Of a DNA stretch of 64,000 nucleotides, positions 61,265 to 64,000 are shown one piece after another. The stretch comes from an uncultured Actinomycetes bacterium (GTDB taxonomy: Bacteria; Actinomycetota; UBA4738; HRBIN12): NCBI GenBank assembly GCA_963722795.1, contig CAVROD010000004.1:774771-838770 (forward strand). Reading direction: 5' to 3'. The notes under the pieces were generated by a model. The model had not been told where the DNA came from, ran no database searches, and saw only the letters and a list, made by a program, of their open reading frames with translations. The position numbers were made by a program, and so were the translations under genes. The stretch's first letter is position 1. Each line of letters opens with the position of its first letter.

Positions 61265-61449
61265 AGAGAGTTCAGGCCCTATTGGGCTTCTGCGGCCGCC
61301 CCTCTTGGACGCTGTGCCCATCGGCGCGAAACTCGCCCTAACACACTGGAGTGAAGAAGGGTGAGCCAAGAAGAGCAGACCGACGAGGACTTTGATCAGA
61401 TCCGACTCGAAGTGCCCGAGTTCGAGACGTAATCATCATCGATTCTGCA

Positions 61450-62825
61450 TCAGTTCCGACTGGCGGCCTCGACCAGGTCAACGATGGTGGCGTCATCCAG
61501 TCGACCGTTCCTCGTTTGAACCGAGATTACGACTTGCCTGCCGCTAGGTGTGGTCCAGTAGACCGTGTCCTCGTCGTATCTGGTCACGACGGTTCCTGCA
61601 ATCGTGTCGTTCGGTTCGGCAGAGGCTGGGAGTTCCGGGTCAGCGACGAACGCCGATACGAGCAGTGTCCCCCTCTCGGCGAGGAGGGCGCTACCGGTGT
61701 CCCCGACCATCGTGAAGCCGGAACGCTCCAGCAGGTCGACCAGGAACGTGTGGTCCGGACAGTCCGGATCGAGGAACGTGCAAGCCGGAGATGGCGTCGT
61801 GGGTTGAGGCTCCACGAGTTCTGGCGTCCCGGCGAACCAGTAGGCGTCTGGACCGCCGACGACCTGACACGAGGGCGGGATCCCGCCAACGACCTCGGAC
61901 TCGGCGTGGGCGAGGTCCCTACTCTCTCCGTCCATCAAGACGTAGTCGCCGATCTTGGCGATCCGGTTCCCAGAGTCGTCGACGAGCCACACGTCGTCGC
62001 CCTCCTCCGCCAGTGAGTAGCCGTTCGGCCATACGACGAACAGGGGTGAGTCATAGCCGGAGACGGTGAGACATCCGTTCTGGCTCGTGAGCGTCCCTCC
62101 CGCGACAGCCTGACCGCCTGACGGTCCCGACGAGGAGACGAGGAGCGAAGGATCGGCGTCGCAAGTAGCAAGACCAAGCTTGGTCGCATCGACCGTCGAG
62201 GTCGGGTCGAGGGCCGAGTCATGGTCGAAGACCTCACCGACGGTCTCCGCCTCGAATCGCACGCCCGTGTTACCCCATGGCCATTCGACGAAGATGAAGT
62301 AGGCGGAAGCGCCCGGGCCAGGGAGAGTGCGCAACGCGCCAGGAACGATGCAGGCTCCGTTGGCGACTTGCTCGCCAGACGCAGGCGCTAATACGAAGAG
62401 GCTGATGGTCTCCGCGTAGTTGAGGTTCTCGAACTCGATCGGGGTCCCAGTAGGCAACGTCATCGGCGCTTCCTTTGTCGGTTGCTCCAACTCGGCCCCC
62501 GGCGTCTCGATGGAGTCGAGTGGGATCTCGACCCCCTCGTAGGTAGCCTCGATGGATGAGGAACCTCGCCGTACCAGACCCTGATTGTGAGGGGAGACGA
62601 GGGTGGCCCGGCCGTGCCCCCACCTGGCTCAGACCGGAACGCGAGGACCAGGAAGGCGAGAGCAGCGATGGAGATGATCGCCGCCACAAGCCCGGCGGCG
62701 AGCCGATGACGAAGACCCTGTCGATCGCCCGGTGACGACTGCGCAGGGCGGCTCGCGATCTCGTCCCAGAGGTCCGGCGAGGGGTTCCGTTCGATCCGAC
62801 GCAGACGCTCGGCAAGGTCATTCAT
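61450..62825 (-). CDS. Putative multi-domain anti-sigma factor (frameshift near 62550)
   Basis: MNDLAERLRR..PSPDLW..I, RHR-TM; G.L...GCL...VVWP.GY...G..IA..GD.V...G domain. Confidence 0.7.
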
Positions 62826-63293
62826 CGTCTACCTCCAGGAGTTCGTGAAGCCGAGCGCGCCCTCGATGCAGGTGTGCGCCGATCGTTCCCTTGCGGGTCC
62901 CGAGGATCGTGGCGATCTCGTCGAGGGAGTAGCCCGCGTAGTAGTGAAGGACGATCGAGGCTCTCTGACGTTCGGAGAGTTGTGCGAGTGCCTCAACGAG
63001 GTCCTGCGGCTCCGGAACCGGGCGTTCTTCGATCTCGGAGGCGTCCGTCAGCCGCTTGCGGTCCTTCAGGTCGGAAGAGGCGAGCCGGAAGGCGACCTTC
63101 CAGACCCAAGGCACGACGTCACGGATCGAGGATTCGGAAGCGAGGGCGCGAGCGAACGACTCCGCGACGGCCTCACGCGCGACGTCCGGGTCGCCCGTGA
63201 TAGGCGAGGAGGGCGTAGTAGAGCCGGTCGCCCTCATCGCGGTAGATCTGCTCTATGTCGGCGCTCTGGCGTCACTCGGGTTCCTTGCGTCAC
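62818..63293 (-). CDS. ECF sigma factor (two apparent +1 frameshifts in the 5' part)
   Basis: IEQIYR....RLYYALLAY/TGD..VA.EAVAE.F, W.WKVAFR, LS.RQR..IVLHY..GYS..EIA..LG. Confidence 0.85.
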
Positions 63294-63415
63294 GCCATAT
63301 TGAGCGTGGGAAGGGGCAGATGTTTTACACGGGACGACACTTCTTCTCAGCCGACAGGCGGATTGGCCGTGCCGCCCTAGCGGCAAAAGAACGGGCGCGG
63401 CAGCTCGACCAAGGT

Positions 63416-63495
63416 CAGCAGCAGATCACAGCCGACCACCGCAGCCCGACACCGGCCTCGCGGGGACCCGTCCCAAGCGTAGGCGCTTCACGAGA
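63416..63495 (+). repeat. Cassette-boundary repeat R8
   Basis: cagcagcagatcacagccgaccaccgcagcccgacaccggcctcgcggggacccgtcccaagcgtaggcg. Confidence 0.8.
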
Positions 63496-63523
63496 CGCGA
63501 CACCGGACGGCTCTCCGGCTCAT

Positions 63524-63802
63524 CTAATCCCGGCGACCTCTGATCAAGGCGAGGAACTCGTCGCCCCCGTCGTCGTCGATGTCGATCAGAGGCCGCGACT
63601 GGATCGAACGTCTCGCGCTGTCCGAGAACGATTCGGGCAGCTCTTCGAAGACGACGAGCATCGGGTATCGATTCTGAATCTTGTTCTCGCGAGGTAGCGA
63701 GAGCCGCCTCCAAACGCCACCTTGGCCGTAGTCGTAGACGCACCAAAACTCTCGCTTCGTCGCTGCCTGGACTTCGTCACTCACAAGGAGGACCTCCCGC
63801 AC
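63524..63802 (-). CDS. Small hypothetical protein (YDYGQGGVW motif)
   Basis: Protein-like ORF following R8; internal compensating frameshift possible. Confidence 0.55.
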   Translation of the reverse strand: MREVLLVSDEVQAATKREFWCVYDYGQGGVWRRLSLPRENKIQNRYPMLVVFEELPESFSDSARRSIQSRPLIDIDDDGGDEFLALIRGRRD

Positions 63803-63844
63803 CCACGGTCGCAGCCCCTGCGGAGGGAAGGCGAGGCGTGATGC

Positions 63845-64000
63845 TTACATGCCGAGAGGGAGAGTTGCGATGGGTAGGAACAAGATCGACACCGCGAGCG
63901 AGATGAACGCAGCGATGCTGACCACTGCCCGCACGCTGGAGCGTCGAATGCGTCGGACTCGAACGGCTGCCAAGACTGGAGCGACGACCCCCAGGGCGAG
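63845..64000 (-). CDS. Membrane protein C-terminus (5'-truncated by window edge)
   Basis: LALGVVAPVLAAVRVRRIRRSSVRAVVSIAAFISLAVSILFLPIATLPLGM-stop. Confidence 0.5.
   Translation of the reverse strand, partial: LALGVVAPVLAAVRVRRIRRSSVRAVVSIAAFISLAVSILFLPIATLPLGM

Noticed and set aside
52503-63495. CRISPR array interpretation of the repeats
   Set aside because: Spacers are 0.7-3 kb and gene-bearing, repeats are long and divergent, and no cas genes are present
52503-63495. Canonical integron attC sites
   Set aside because: No RYYYAAC/GTTRRRY ends on either strand, cassettes in both orientations, no intI in the window
52503-63495. Repeats as simple intrinsic terminators
   Set aside because: No U-tract; orientation is fixed regardless of flanking genes, including between divergent starts (R6)

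Overview
High-GC, Actinomycetota-like chromosomal window. Scattered single-base frameshifts suggest a long-read or metagenomic consensus. Bases 1-50.7 kb are mostly core and metabolic genes: ppdK, dgt-dnaG-rpoD, xth, fumC, lhr-nei, ggt, a P1B ATPase with hemerythrin domain, a PAS kinase, a double-cyclase/STAND/TPR protein and a divergent urease-like pair without accessory genes. tRNA-Asn(GTT), tRNA-CAT (probably Ile2) and tRNA-Val(TAC) are spread along this part. Downstream of tRNA-Val (50.8-64 kb) is an accessory region. It holds a 48-bp duplicate of the tRNA-Val 3' end (att-like) and at least 8 same-orientation copies of a ~50-90 bp hairpin-forming repeat (core GCCGACACCGGCCTCGCGGGGAC). Each inter-repeat interval from R1 to R7 carries one self-contained unit: an ECF sigma/anti-sigma pair, a lipoprotein or a nucleotidyltransferase. 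Units lie in either orientation and most have their own ECF-type promoter. This integron-like but non-attC cassette array is the main candidate for an undescribed system. No recombinase is visible in the window. All calls are from reading by eye; no searches were run.
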